DNA of 39,765 nucleotides from a virus: the IMG/VR virus record IMGVR_UViG_3300029115_000083; one strand, written 5' to 3'. The position numbers and the translations under genes were made by a program. This document shows positions 18,421 to 25,859 of this stretch, piece by piece (positions within the stretch are counted from its first letter, which is position 1; each line of letters opens with the position of its first letter). The notes under the pieces are model-generated. The model ran no database searches and had not been told where the DNA came from. It was given only the letters and a program-made list of their open reading frames with translations.

Positions 18421-19026
18421 TTACCACGGTAATCCTGTGATCGGATTGACTCTCCCAGTCCCGACTCCATCGGTTGGCTGTACACCTGTTCCAAACACTG
18501 CGGATGCTTTTGGTGCGCTTCCACCGAGTGCTTCCCCGTCCTCCAGTTTCTGTACCGGACCAAGTCCGCATCCGATTCCTTTCTTTCCACCAAACATATA
18601 CGGGAAAAAAGTTACGTTGACTCGACCATACATCCCGCTATAAACTTCCGACTGGTTGATGATCGGATTTCCCATTGAATCAACGATCTCAGGCGGGTAA
18701 TCTGCCTTTGCAGATGCGGTAAATACCCAGTGTCCTTTACACTCCGGACCAAATGCCATTCCATCCGAAGGTCTTACCCCGTCCCCGTCATAAACCGGAT
18801 TGGAAACGATTGGCGGGCATACGCCGTTCCATTTCTCTGCCGTGCCTTTCTGCTTCGCTGCTTCGATGGCAGCATCGATTCTCGCTTTAGTATCTACATC
18901 ACTTTTCGGGACCAGAACAGTTGCCTGATATTTTTCTTCCTGTCCCTGCTGATAAGCATATGGTTTATAGAGATGTACATATGAGAATCTTACTTTTCCA
19001 GTTGTTACGTTACATAAATTATCCAT
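18421..19026 (-). CDS. DUF2815 family protein (phage SSB-like)
   Basis: 201 aa. TGKVRFSYVHLYKP...KYQATVLVPK is the typical DUF2815 N-terminus. It is paired with DUF2800 and PolA as in related phage replication modules. Confidence 0.75.
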   Translation of the reverse strand: MDNLCNVTTGKVRFSYVHLYKPYAYQQGQEEKYQATVLVPKSDVDTKARIDAAIEAAKQKGTAEKWNGVCPPIVSNPVYDGDGVRPSDGMAFGPECKGHWVFTASAKADYPPEIVDSMGNPIINQSEVYSGMYGRVNVTFFPYMFGGKKGIGCGLGPVQKLEDGEALGGSAPKASAVFGTGVQPTDGVGTGRVNPITGLPW

Positions 19027-19027
19027 G

Positions 19028-20203
19028 TTAGTTTTCCTCCTTAAATACCTGTGCGGCTGTCACTTTGTTTGTAATTGCTTCCCTCTTATCGGATTCCTCC
19101 ACCAGTGTTGGTTTTCCTGCTTTCTTCTCGATGAATTCCCCGACTGCTTCCTGAAAGTCTTTCTTTCCGATCATCTTTTCTACCTGCGCCAGGGTTAATG
19201 GTTTCTTTTCATAAAGCATTTCTTCCAATGTGACTCCCGTACTGATCAACTTATCAAAAGCTGCATCCATATCCGTCCAGTCTCTTACGCTCCGTCCTTC
19301 AACGGCTTTCCATCCAGGAACTTCTTTTCCCGCAAGGCATTCACTTAAACACCATTCCTGCAGGTCTTTCTGATACTTAACTACGTCCCGCAGTTCAATA
19401 AGTCTTTTTCCGGCTTCTTCCGTGCTGATCAGCGGTGGTAGTTCTCCAATTCCAAATGCTTTCTTTACATTGAAATCAGATCTTGCCCTACACTGTGCTT
19501 TCGCCCTGCAGAACCTGCAGGCTTTTTCCCCTGGGTGATAGTCCCCTTTCCCTTCAATAGCAAGTGCCGCTTTTTCCTTAACCACTTCACCAAACGCCAA
19601 CAGTTCATCCAGCGTACAGGACCATTCAGAAATATGATCAATCCGCGGCTGTATGATCGTCATGCAGATCTTCTTGACCGGATACAAAATCTTATATGCT
19701 GCATAAGCACCCAGCGCATAAATCATCATCTGCGGATTCTGCTCTGCATCCACCTGCACGCCTTTTCCATACTTGAAATCAAAGACATGGATCGTATCCC
19801 CATAAACCATCACGCAGTCTGCAGTTCCAAATCCTTCCGGGATCCATGCAGTCAGATCAAGCTTCTGCTCAATCGCAACATACGGCGCAGATTTCAAATT
19901 AAGTGCTGTCCCTTTTATGTAATCCAAATATTCATCCGTATGCCGTTCCATCTCATCCTGCCAGAGATCTTCTTTCTTCAATTTGTTCAGCCTTGTAGTA
20001 TACTTCCGTTTTCCAAAGTCTGGTGTATAGAAGTAATGTCTGACTTTTATTTCTGCCAACTCATGAGCTAACGTTCCCTCTCTGGCGGCTTCCGATGTAC
20101 TATCCGGAAACTGTTCTTCCAGTCTTGCGCTCGGCGGGCACTCCATCCAGCGGTGCGCGCCGGATGGACCTAAAAGTGCATGGCTTCTTTCTGCATGTCC
20201 CAT
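19028..20203 (-). CDS. DUF2800 / Cas4-like PD-(D/E)XK nuclease
   Basis: 391 aa. LLGPSGAHRWMECP at the N-terminus, DFKYGKG, and the C-terminal Cys cluster CRFCRAKAQC. Confidence 0.8.
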   Translation of the reverse strand: MGHAERSHALLGPSGAHRWMECPPSARLEEQFPDSTSEAAREGTLAHELAEIKVRHYFYTPDFGKRKYTTRLNKLKKEDLWQDEMERHTDEYLDYIKGTALNLKSAPYVAIEQKLDLTAWIPEGFGTADCVMVYGDTIHVFDFKYGKGVQVDAEQNPQMMIYALGAYAAYKILYPVKKICMTIIQPRIDHISEWSCTLDELLAFGEVVKEKAALAIEGKGDYHPGEKACRFCRAKAQCRARSDFNVKKAFGIGELPPLISTEEAGKRLIELRDVVKYQKDLQEWCLSECLAGKEVPGWKAVEGRSVRDWTDMDAAFDKLISTGVTLEEMLYEKKPLTLAQVEKMIGKKDFQEAVGEFIEKKAGKPTLVEESDKREAITNKVTAAQVFKEEN

Positions 20204-20643
20204 TAGATATTTGCCCCCATTCCACGAAGTGCCGTTGCGAAGTTGCCATACTGGTTCTTTGGAAGTGCCGGCAGAGCTTCCACGCCATATCCGGCAAGCA
20301 GGTTCTGAAGCTGTGTCTGCATTCCCTTATCCATCAAGGTCATTGCAGCATTCGCCAGATCATCCAATGTATAGGTATGCTCTACAGTTGGTACGACCGG
20401 AGCTACCGGGGCAACCTGTACCGGTGCTGCAGTCTGTACCGGTGTCGTCTGTACAGGTACTGCCGGCTGCACAGGCGGTACAGCTGCCGGCGTCTGCTGG
20501 ATTGGTGCTGCGCTCTGGGCTCCGTTTGTACCCTTACTTTCCCTATATACCGGGTATGCCTGTTCATCTGCTACGCCAAGGATTTTCTTTGAAAAATCCA
20601 CCAGTTCCTCAAAACTTTCAAACTTAAGTTCAATCTGTGCCAT
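20203..20643 (-). CDS. Hypothetical protein with central Pro/Val/Ala/Thr-rich linker
   Basis: 146 aa. AAPIQQTPAAVPPVQPAVPVQTTPVQTAAPVQVAPVAPVVP is a low-complexity tract between two small globular ends. ATGA overlaps occur at both ends. Confidence 0.6.
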   Translation of the reverse strand: MAQIELKFESFEELVDFSKKILGVADEQAYPVYRESKGTNGAQSAAPIQQTPAAVPPVQPAVPVQTTPVQTAAPVQVAPVAPVVPTVEHTYTLDDLANAAMTLMDKGMQTQLQNLLAGYGVEALPALPKNQYGNFATALRGMGANI

Positions 20644-20879
20644 TATTCTTTACCTCCTAATTTTTCAAGCCCTGCCTGGGCAATCTCTATGAATTCATCC
20701 TTTGAAAGGCTGATCCCTTTTGTCATTTTTGAGTGGTCATCCGACCATCCCCTGATATCCAGCTTATCCGGCTTTCCGTACCAGCTGATTGTATTTAACT
20801 CTTTGTGATAGACATCCGTTTCATTTTCCTTCGGCAAAGAAAGGATCGTCTCTTTAATCTCATAATTCTTATCATTCAT
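20643..20879 (-). CDS. PC4/YdbC-like ssDNA-binding protein
   Basis: 78 aa. ELNTISWYGKPDKLDIRGWSDDHSKMTKGISLSKDE matches the YdbC/PC4 pattern (LNLVSWNG..KYDIRDW...GKGITL). Confidence 0.65.
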   Translation of the reverse strand: MNDKNYEIKETILSLPKENETDVYHKELNTISWYGKPDKLDIRGWSDDHSKMTKGISLSKDEFIEIAQAGLEKLGGKE

Positions 20880-20927
20880 CCGCTTGATTCTCCTATCTTT
20901 TATAATTCTTTAGGTACACATCTTCCT

Positions 20928-21182
20928 CTAAAGTGGCAGATTTTTCAGAAGCATCATCACTTTACCCATTGCCACCATTGCTTCCTGTGTGACTTCTTCA
21001 TCTGTTGCAAAGCCAAGCCTTACTGCCTGTTCAACGAGTTTTTTTGTTTCAGCTTCGCTATAGTCTCTTTTCTCCACCATGGCTGTTCTAATGCTTCGGA
21101 TAATATATGATAGATCCGTCATTATATCCGGAACTCCATCCCCTGCCTTAATTTCACACATTCCATTTTCAACTTTGATCAT
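20928..21182 (-). CDS. Hypothetical early protein
   Basis: 84-aa ORF in the early operon. I recognise no domain. Confidence 0.5.
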   Translation of the reverse strand: MIKVENGMCEIKAGDGVPDIMTDLSYIIRSIRTAMVEKRDYSEAETKKLVEQAVRLGFATDEEVTQEAMVAMGKVMMLLKNLPL

Positions 21183-21210
21183 TGACTTTCTCCTCCGATT
21201 TTCCTATAAT

Positions 21211-21441
21211 TTAGTTGAGTTTTTTGTTATGTGCGCCACTGGAAGTTGCCGCTTCCGGGCGCATTTTTATTGTCTTTACGCCTTTATCATCCAGGCAATC
21301 TGCAAAATTCTTTAGATATGCGATTGCCATCCGTTTATGGTAATCCGCAGTCTTGTCTACTCTTTCCAGAGATTCAAGTGTTTCGATCATCTTGTCGATC
21401 TCGCCTACTCTGATGCTCTTACGCTGCTTCTCTTCTGGCAT
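21211..21441 (-). CDS. Hypothetical early protein
   Basis: 76-aa ORF in the early operon. I recognise no domain. Confidence 0.5.
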   Translation of the reverse strand: MPEEKQRKSIRVGEIDKMIETLESLERVDKTADYHKRMAIAYLKNFADCLDDKGVKTIKMRPEAATSSGAHNKKLN

Positions 21442-21655
21442 GCTCCCTCGCCTCCCTTATCTTTCTTTTCCTGTGCCGATATTCCAACATCCGGAAGTAT
21501 TCCAGCGCATACGCTCCAACCGCAAACACTGCAAGTCCAAGAGCTTCATACAGGTAAAACAACTCCTGTTGTTCTACCGAGCACCCACCAACCATGCACA
21601 TAAATCCAAATACAATCGCTGTTTTGCTTAATATCTTTGCAATCTTATAAAACAT
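21419..21655 (-). CDS. Small membrane protein
   Basis: 78 aa with two hydrophobic helices and a basic tail. SD aaggaggg is present. Confidence 0.55.
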   Translation of the reverse strand: MFYKIAKILSKTAIVFGFMCMVGGCSVEQQELFYLYEALGLAVFAVGAYALEYFRMLEYRHRKRKIREAREHARREAA

Positions 21656-21691
21656 CTCTCATCCCTCCTTTGCTTGTCCAACTGGTACCGC

Positions 21692-21790
21692 TTACGCGGT
21701 TTTCTCAATGGTATATGTAATTTTCACTTTTTCCTGTTCTTCCAATAAAGAAATCATCACCTGTATGATTTTTTCGATATCGGGTTTCAT
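21692..21790 (-). CDS. Possible 32-aa micro-ORF (MKPDIEKIIQVMISLLEEQEKVKITYTIEKTA)
   Basis: Translated by hand; it is below the ORF-track cutoff. SD aggtgg lies 5 nt upstream of the ATG. Confidence 0.3.
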   Translation of the reverse strand: MKPDIEKIIQVMISLLEEQEKVKITYTIEKTA

Positions 21791-21839
21791 GCTTACCACC
21801 TACTTTCTATTGAAGTTTATGCGGTGCTGGTTGTACTTG

Positions 21840-21869
21840 TTGATTTGTCCTACTACTGTCTGGTATAAT
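21840..21869 (+). promoter_or_regulatory. Near-consensus promoter TTGATT-18-TGgTATAAT for the plus-strand 202-aa gene
   Basis: ttgatt at 21840-21845, tataat at 21864-21869 with a TG at the extended -10 position, 31 nt upstream of the ATG at 21901. Confidence 0.55.
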
Positions 21870-21900
21870 TTCCGTATCAAATTATGAAAGGATAATCATC

Positions 21901-22509
21901 ATGCTTTCGTTTGTATCAAATATCGATTTAGAAAAAATTATAAATATTTTATTAGAGCCATCTGTCACTCTTACTCTTGGCATCTTTACATTACTAATTA
22001 GTCGAAACTCTAATTTATCTACTTTAGCTCGTGAAAGACTAGATAAGGTATACCATCCACTCTTTTTAGAAATCGAACCTTTTTTATACAAAAAAGTATC
22101 TCTTAACGACATAAATGCTTTTCTTTCTAAATACTATGAATTAGAAAACTCACATTCTCTTCTTATTGATCCTGTTTTACGTCAAGAGATTCGCTGGCTT
22201 GAAAAACCATCTGCTCTGCAAGAGGATAAATATGGCTATAATCAATGGTTCCGAATTTGCGATCAGATTTCCAAAACATATGACAAACTATGTAAACAAG
22301 CTCATCTCCCTGTTCGCAGTATTTCTTATCGGATTAACTACAGGCAATATCGTTCAAAAATTCGTATGATATTCGCTCTTATATGGATTGAACTACCAGC
22401 AATTGCATTTTTTAGCCTATTACTCGGTTTCGCATCTCCACGTCTTTTAGCTGTTACATATGCATTGTTCTTTTTATTTTTGATGAAGACATTTTTGGAT
22501 AACTTGTAA
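21901..22509 (+). CDS. Hypothetical membrane protein, counter-oriented moron
   Basis: 202 aa with one N-terminal and two C-terminal hydrophobic helices. It is AT-rich (37% G+C in one hand-counted line) and on the opposite strand to the surrounding early genes. Confidence 0.7.
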   Translation: MLSFVSNIDLEKIINILLEPSVTLTLGIFTLLISRNSNLSTLARERLDKVYHPLFLEIEPFLYKKVSLNDINAFLSKYYELENSHSLLIDPVLRQEIRWLEKPSALQEDKYGYNQWFRICDQISKTYDKLCKQAHLPVRSISYRINYRQYRSKIRMIFALIWIELPAIAFFSLLLGFASPRLLAVTYALFFLFLMKTFLDNL

Positions 22510-22623
22510 TACAACGATTGCGCAAAGGAATATAATAGCTACTCTTTCTCTGGGATATCTGTTTATCAGGTATCCCATTATTAAAGCAATTCCAACAATA
22601 TACAGGACAACCACTATTTCCAT
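22474..22623 (-). CDS. Possible 49-aa membrane peptide
   Basis: An internal ATG at 22623 is preceded by aaggaggg. The product is two hydrophobic helices. Its 3' end overlaps the convergent 202-aa gene by 36 nt, so one of the two may be mis-bounded. Confidence 0.3.
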   Translation of the reverse strand: MEIVVVLYIVGIALIMGYLINRYPRERVAIIFLCAIVVLQVIQKCLHQK

Positions 22624-22695
22624 CTCATCCCTCCTTACTTTTCCAGAAAATAATCCACGGTTACGCCGAAGTAATCTGCGCTCCCTCTTCATCTG

Positions 22696-22724
22696 TTGCA
22701 AATAATTGTATTTTCTCCTATACT
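22696..22724 (+). promoter_or_regulatory. Promoter TTGCAA-17-TATACT for the plus-strand 108-aa gene
   Basis: ttgcaa at 22696-22701, a 17-nt spacer and tatact at 22719-22724, upstream of SD aaggag and the ATG at 22771. Confidence 0.45.
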
Positions 22725-22770
22725 TTAACTACCGGCACTGCCATGCTGAGTAATTATAAAAGGAGACACT

Positions 22771-23097
22771 ATGATGCAACTTACAAACGATACATACAGA
22801 ATTCTTCGTCTTATCTACGATGAATATCAAAACCGAAGAAAAATCGGTATGTCTAAAACAGAGGCTATTCTCTTTTCTTACCCCTCTGCTCTCCAGACAG
22901 AATTTCTTCAAGGAATTCTCGAAGACGATATTGCTGATGCCCTTACCGAATTATCCACAAACGGTTTGATAAAACTTTATTCTGATTTTGGATTTTTACT
23001 GAAAGATTCTGCCATTATCTACATGGAAAATCGTTTACAAAATAAAGTGAATCTAATTTTTGACATAATCAGCAAAATTGTATCGATGCTACATTAG
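22771..23097 (+). CDS. Hypothetical protein, possible YjcQ-like winged helix, counter-oriented
   Basis: 108 aa. TYRILRLIYDEY...LTELSTNGLIKL has a layout reminiscent of YjcQ-type wHTH. It has its own SD and promoter. Confidence 0.6.
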   Translation: MMQLTNDTYRILRLIYDEYQNRRKIGMSKTEAILFSYPSALQTEFLQGILEDDIADALTELSTNGLIKLYSDFGFLLKDSAIIYMENRLQNKVNLIFDIISKIVSMLH

Positions 23098-23282
23098 TTT
23101 TTCTCGCTTACTTCCTGGCTGTAAAGCTCATCCCTCGTGATTAAAAGTGACCATTTCCCATTGTTGAATTCCAAACAGCACCGGCTCACCATTGAAAGCG
23201 CCTCACCATTTAATAAGCAAATTCCTTTATCGATGTCGATGTGAATTGATTTGAATGGTTTTCTTTCTACTGTCTCAGGCAT
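23094..23282 (-). CDS. Hypothetical small early protein
   Basis: The ORF track starts at 23318. The ATG at 23282 is preceded by agaggtgag. 62 aa. Confidence 0.45.
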   Translation of the reverse strand: MPETVERKPFKSIHIDIDKGICLLNGEALSMVSRCCLEFNNGKWSLLITRDELYSQEVSEKN

Positions 23283-23286
23283 TTTC

Positions 23287-23505
23287 TCACCTCTCTCCCT
23301 CTTCATCTTTCTCAACAATTATTCTTATCGGCAATTCATTTGATATAAGGCATGTTCCCACAACGCTGATGCTCAATAAACCAAGCGCCATCAATATCCG
23401 CATCACCATAATGCTTATATCTGTTGGAAAATAACGTTCGCCAACAGTCACAAGAAGTAATGGCACAAAAACCAGTATCCAACCAATTATTTTTCTTAGT
23501 TTCAC
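23287..23505 (-). CDS. Small membrane protein (early)
   Basis: 72 aa with a GTG start preceded by agaggtgag and two hydrophobic helices. Confidence 0.5.
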   Translation of the reverse strand: MKLRKIIGWILVFVPLLLVTVGERYFPTDISIMVMRILMALGLLSISVVGTCLISNELPIRIIVEKDEEGER

Positions 23506-23552
23506 ATTCTCACCTCTCTCCCTCTATCTTTTTTATCAATTTAATTTGATTA

Positions 23553-23750
23553 TTAGGGTAAAAACATATACTCCAATGGCATATTGTAAAGCTTACTAAG
23601 TTCTCTGCTTTGTGAAATTGTAGGCTCTGACTTACCTTTTTCCCAATTTACCACTGTATTTTTCGAGACATGCATCTCCTTTGCTACATCTTCTTGAGTC
23701 ATTTCAGCATTTACTCTAGCCGCCGCAAGGGAAATTTTTAACTTATTCAA
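23553..23750 (-). CDS. Cro-like XRE-family HTH regulator
   Basis: MTQEDVAKEMHVSKNTVVNWEKGKSEP is an XRE HTH. The likely TTG start at 23750 lies 6 nt after gggaggtg; the ORF track extends to 23768. It is divergent from the cI-like gene. Confidence 0.8.
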   Translation of the reverse strand: MNKLKISLAAARVNAEMTQEDVAKEMHVSKNTVVNWEKGKSEPTISQSRELSKLYNMPLEYMFLP

Positions 23751-23794
23751 TTTATTCACCTCCCACAAATCTTATTTTTCCTCGTTACGCTTAT

Positions 23795-23823
23795 ACTATA
23801 AGTCAAATTTAATTTGATGTCAA
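23795..23823 (-). promoter_or_regulatory. Early (PR-like) promoter TTGACA-17-TATAGT
   Basis: On the minus strand, ttgaca (23823-23818), a 17-nt spacer and tatagt (23800-23795). The spacer is exactly the palindromic operator. Confidence 0.65.
23803..23817. promoter_or_regulatory. Palindromic operator TCAAATTtAATTTGA
   Basis: Perfect 7+1+7 palindrome. A related copy lies at 23536-23549 (tcaatttaatttga), and the half-site AGTCAAATT repeats at 23861-23869. Confidence 0.6.
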
Positions 23824-23852
23824 CACTAAAATACAATTTTTTTGATTTTTAG

Positions 23853-23881
23853 TTGATTTTAGTCAAATTATATTGTAGTAT
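23853..23881 (+). promoter_or_regulatory. Candidate repressor-gene promoter TTGATT-17-TAGTAT
   Basis: ttgatt at 23853-23858, a spacer containing the agtcaaatt half-site and tagtat at 23876-23881, 25 nt upstream of the cI-like ATG. Confidence 0.4.
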
Positions 23882-23906
23882 GTGATTATGAAAGAGGTGA
23901 CAAAAT

Positions 23907-24536
23907 ATGACTGATATAGAACAGAAAAAAATTTTTTCTAAGAACTTAAACTTTTATTTGTCCAAAGCAAATAAAACCCAAAAAGAAGTCGCTGATGCGA
24001 TATCTGTTTCTCCACAAACATTTAATACATGGTGTCAAGGTATAGCTTTGCCAAGAATGGGAAAAGTTCAACGACTTGCCGATTATTTCCATATTGAAAA
24101 ATCTTTTTTAATAGACGAACATACCGAGCAACCTTTTCCTAAATCTAATATAATAAAAGTTCTTGGACGCGTTGCCGCCGGCATTCCACTAGAAGCCATT
24201 ACGGATATTGTAGATGAAGAAGAAATCCCTGAAGAATTAGCAAAAACAGGTGAGTTTTTTGGATTAAAAATTAGTGGTGACTCAATGGAACCAGATATTC
24301 ATAACGGAGACACAGTAATTGTTAGAAAACAAGATGATGCCGAGTCTGACGAAATCGTTATTGCTCTTATCAACGGAAACGATGGCGTATGTAAAAGGCT
24401 AAAGAAATATGCAGATAGTATTGCTCTTATTTCGCTAAATCCTAATTACGAACCTATGTATTTCAGCCAAAAAGAAATCAGCGAGAAGCCTGTTAAAATT
24501 ATCGGGAAAGTTGTAGAACTACGGCGAAAATTTTAA
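23907..24536 (+). CDS. cI/LexA-like repressor (XRE HTH + S24 peptidase)
   Basis: 209 aa with N-terminal HTH KTQKEVADAISVSPQTFNTW and a C-terminal S24 domain (Ser in ISGDSMEP, Lys in VCKRLK). Confidence 0.9.
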   Translation: MTDIEQKKIFSKNLNFYLSKANKTQKEVADAISVSPQTFNTWCQGIALPRMGKVQRLADYFHIEKSFLIDEHTEQPFPKSNIIKVLGRVAAGIPLEAITDIVDEEEIPEELAKTGEFFGLKISGDSMEPDIHNGDTVIVRKQDDAESDEIVIALINGNDGVCKRLKKYADSIALISLNPNYEPMYFSQKEISEKPVKIIGKVVELRRKF

Positions 24537-24590
24537 GCGGATACAAACACACATTCATGTATTTATTTTTAACGCAGATTGGAGGATTTT

Positions 24591-25115
24591 ATGAATAAAA
24601 CAGTTAGAATTATTGTAACTATTTTGGGTGGATGGTTTGGTCTTCATAAATTTATTGATAAAAAAATTGGAATGGGGATTCTTTACCTTTTCACATTTGG
24701 TTTATTCGGAATTGGATGGATTTACGATATATTTAAAGCTTTTTCTTCTTCACCTTCATCGTTCCAGTTAAAGCAGTATATCGCGCCTTCTGTTCCTGGA
24801 ATATTACATATTAATGATAATTCTTATAACTTAGCGTACAATTATAATCAGGTTAACCTCTACACTAAAGAACCTTTTTATTTCGATATTCCATTCGGTT
24901 CTTCGCTTGGTATTCAGCCGGAACCAACAAACAAATACGATAGCCGTGCAATTTTTTTCACTTGGAAAAATACAAATATCGGTTATATCCATAAAGGTCA
25001 ATTGCAGGACATGATACACGATTATCTTTCTCCGAACCGTTATGTAATAGCAACATACGAATCCATAGATTGCGGAAATGTAATGATCACTCTGTCATTT
25101 TATAAAAAAAAGTAA
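24591..25115 (+). CDS. TM2-domain membrane protein fused to a C-terminal HIRAN-like domain
   Basis: The ATG at 24591 follows ggagg; the ORF track uses a TTG at 24579. The N-terminus ILGGWFGLHKFIDKKIGMGILYLFTFGLFGIGWIYD is a TM2 motif. The C-terminus LGIQPEPTNKYDSRAIFFTWKNTNIGYIHKGQ matches the HIRAN core (EP.N.YD..AI....iGy). Confidence 0.7.
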   Translation: MNKTVRIIVTILGGWFGLHKFIDKKIGMGILYLFTFGLFGIGWIYDIFKAFSSSPSSFQLKQYIAPSVPGILHINDNSYNLAYNYNQVNLYTKEPFYFDIPFGSSLGIQPEPTNKYDSRAIFFTWKNTNIGYIHKGQLQDMIHDYLSPNRYVIATYESIDCGNVMITLSFYKKK

Positions 25116-25225
25116 TAAGTACGGAATCTGTAAACAGGTAGATAATTATGTGGTGTATTTTATACCACAGTTGTCTGTGATGAAATTGGTATAACCGCAT
25201 ATGCGATTATATAGAAACACTTTTT

Positions 25226-25684
25226 ATGAGGAGGTTCAACTTGAATATTGATGAATACATAGATCAACGACTGGATGCACAGATAAAATGGTATAGTGAA
25301 AAATCCTCTCACGCTCAAAAAATGTACAAACGTTCTCAAATTATAGAAATAGTCCTTGCTTCTAGTATTCCTCTTCTTTCAGGATATACATCAAATCGGA
25401 TTTATATTTCTATAATAATTGGTGTGTTTGGAGCTATAATAGCCATTATCGAGTCATTATCCAAACTATACAAATGGCATGAAAATTGGATTCAATATCG
25501 CACAACTAGCGAATTATTGAAATACCATAAACATCTATACTTAACCCAGTCGCCACCTTACACCACTGGCGATGCTACTATAGAGAATATTTTTATAAAA
25601 AACATCGAAGATATTATTTCTTCCGAGAATAACCAATGGAAAGCGAATGCTGCATCTGATTCTTCAAAGAAATCTTCTAATTAA
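25226..25684 (+). CDS. DUF4231/SLATT-like two-TM protein
   Basis: 152 aa. LDAQIKWYSEKSSHAQKMYKRSQIIEIVLASSIPLL (TM1), IYISIIIGVFGAIIAIIESL (TM2), then YKWHENWIQYRTTSELLKYHKHLY. An alternative TTG start at 25241 follows gaggagg. Confidence 0.7.
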   Translation: MRRFNLNIDEYIDQRLDAQIKWYSEKSSHAQKMYKRSQIIEIVLASSIPLLSGYTSNRIYISIIIGVFGAIIAIIESLSKLYKWHENWIQYRTTSELLKYHKHLYLTQSPPYTTGDATIENIFIKNIEDIISSENNQWKANAASDSSKKSSN

Positions 25685-25859
25685 CTGGCTCATATGTTTT
25701 TTCAAAAACATCTGGCTTACAAGGATACTGTTCTCCTCTAATGCCAGTGATAATCCAATCGCCTGGAGCGGCTCTCAAAGGGCCTTCAAGTGTTTGAATG
25801 ATCATCTCTTCGTCAGTTTGATATGCTTCAATTACTATTGGTTTTTTTCTAAATTTCAA
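25677..25859 (-). CDS. PGDYG-like small protein, antisense between the SLATT and TIR genes
   Basis: FRKKPIVIEAYQ...PGDWIITGIRGEQYPCKPDVFEKTYEPV resembles PGDYG-domain phage proteins. The likely TTG start at 25859 follows gaggtg; the ORF-track GTG is at 25868. Its 3' end overlaps the SLATT stop by 8 nt. Confidence 0.55.
   Translation of the reverse strand: MKFRKKPIVIEAYQTDEEMIIQTLEGPLRAAPGDWIITGIRGEQYPCKPDVFEKTYEPVN

Noticed and set aside
18350-18593. Two 73-aa minus-strand ORFs overlapping the DUF2815 gene 3' end and the PolA start
   Set aside because: They are out-of-frame overlaps of confident genes with Arg/Trp/Ser-rich, improbable translations and no SD.
20395-20500. Quasi-repetitive DNA (ctgtaccggtgc-like units) that superficially resembles a short repeat array
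   Set aside because: It lies inside a continuous ORF and simply encodes the PVQ/PVA low-complexity linker. The units are irregular and there are no spacers.
21882-22112. Minus-strand 76-aa ORF (and the 60-aa ORF at 22729-22911) antisense to the plus-strand AT-rich moron genes
   Set aside because: The plus-strand ORFs are longer, have promoters and SDs, and give membrane or wHTH-like products. The minus-strand ORFs lack SDs and look like AT-rich shadow frames.
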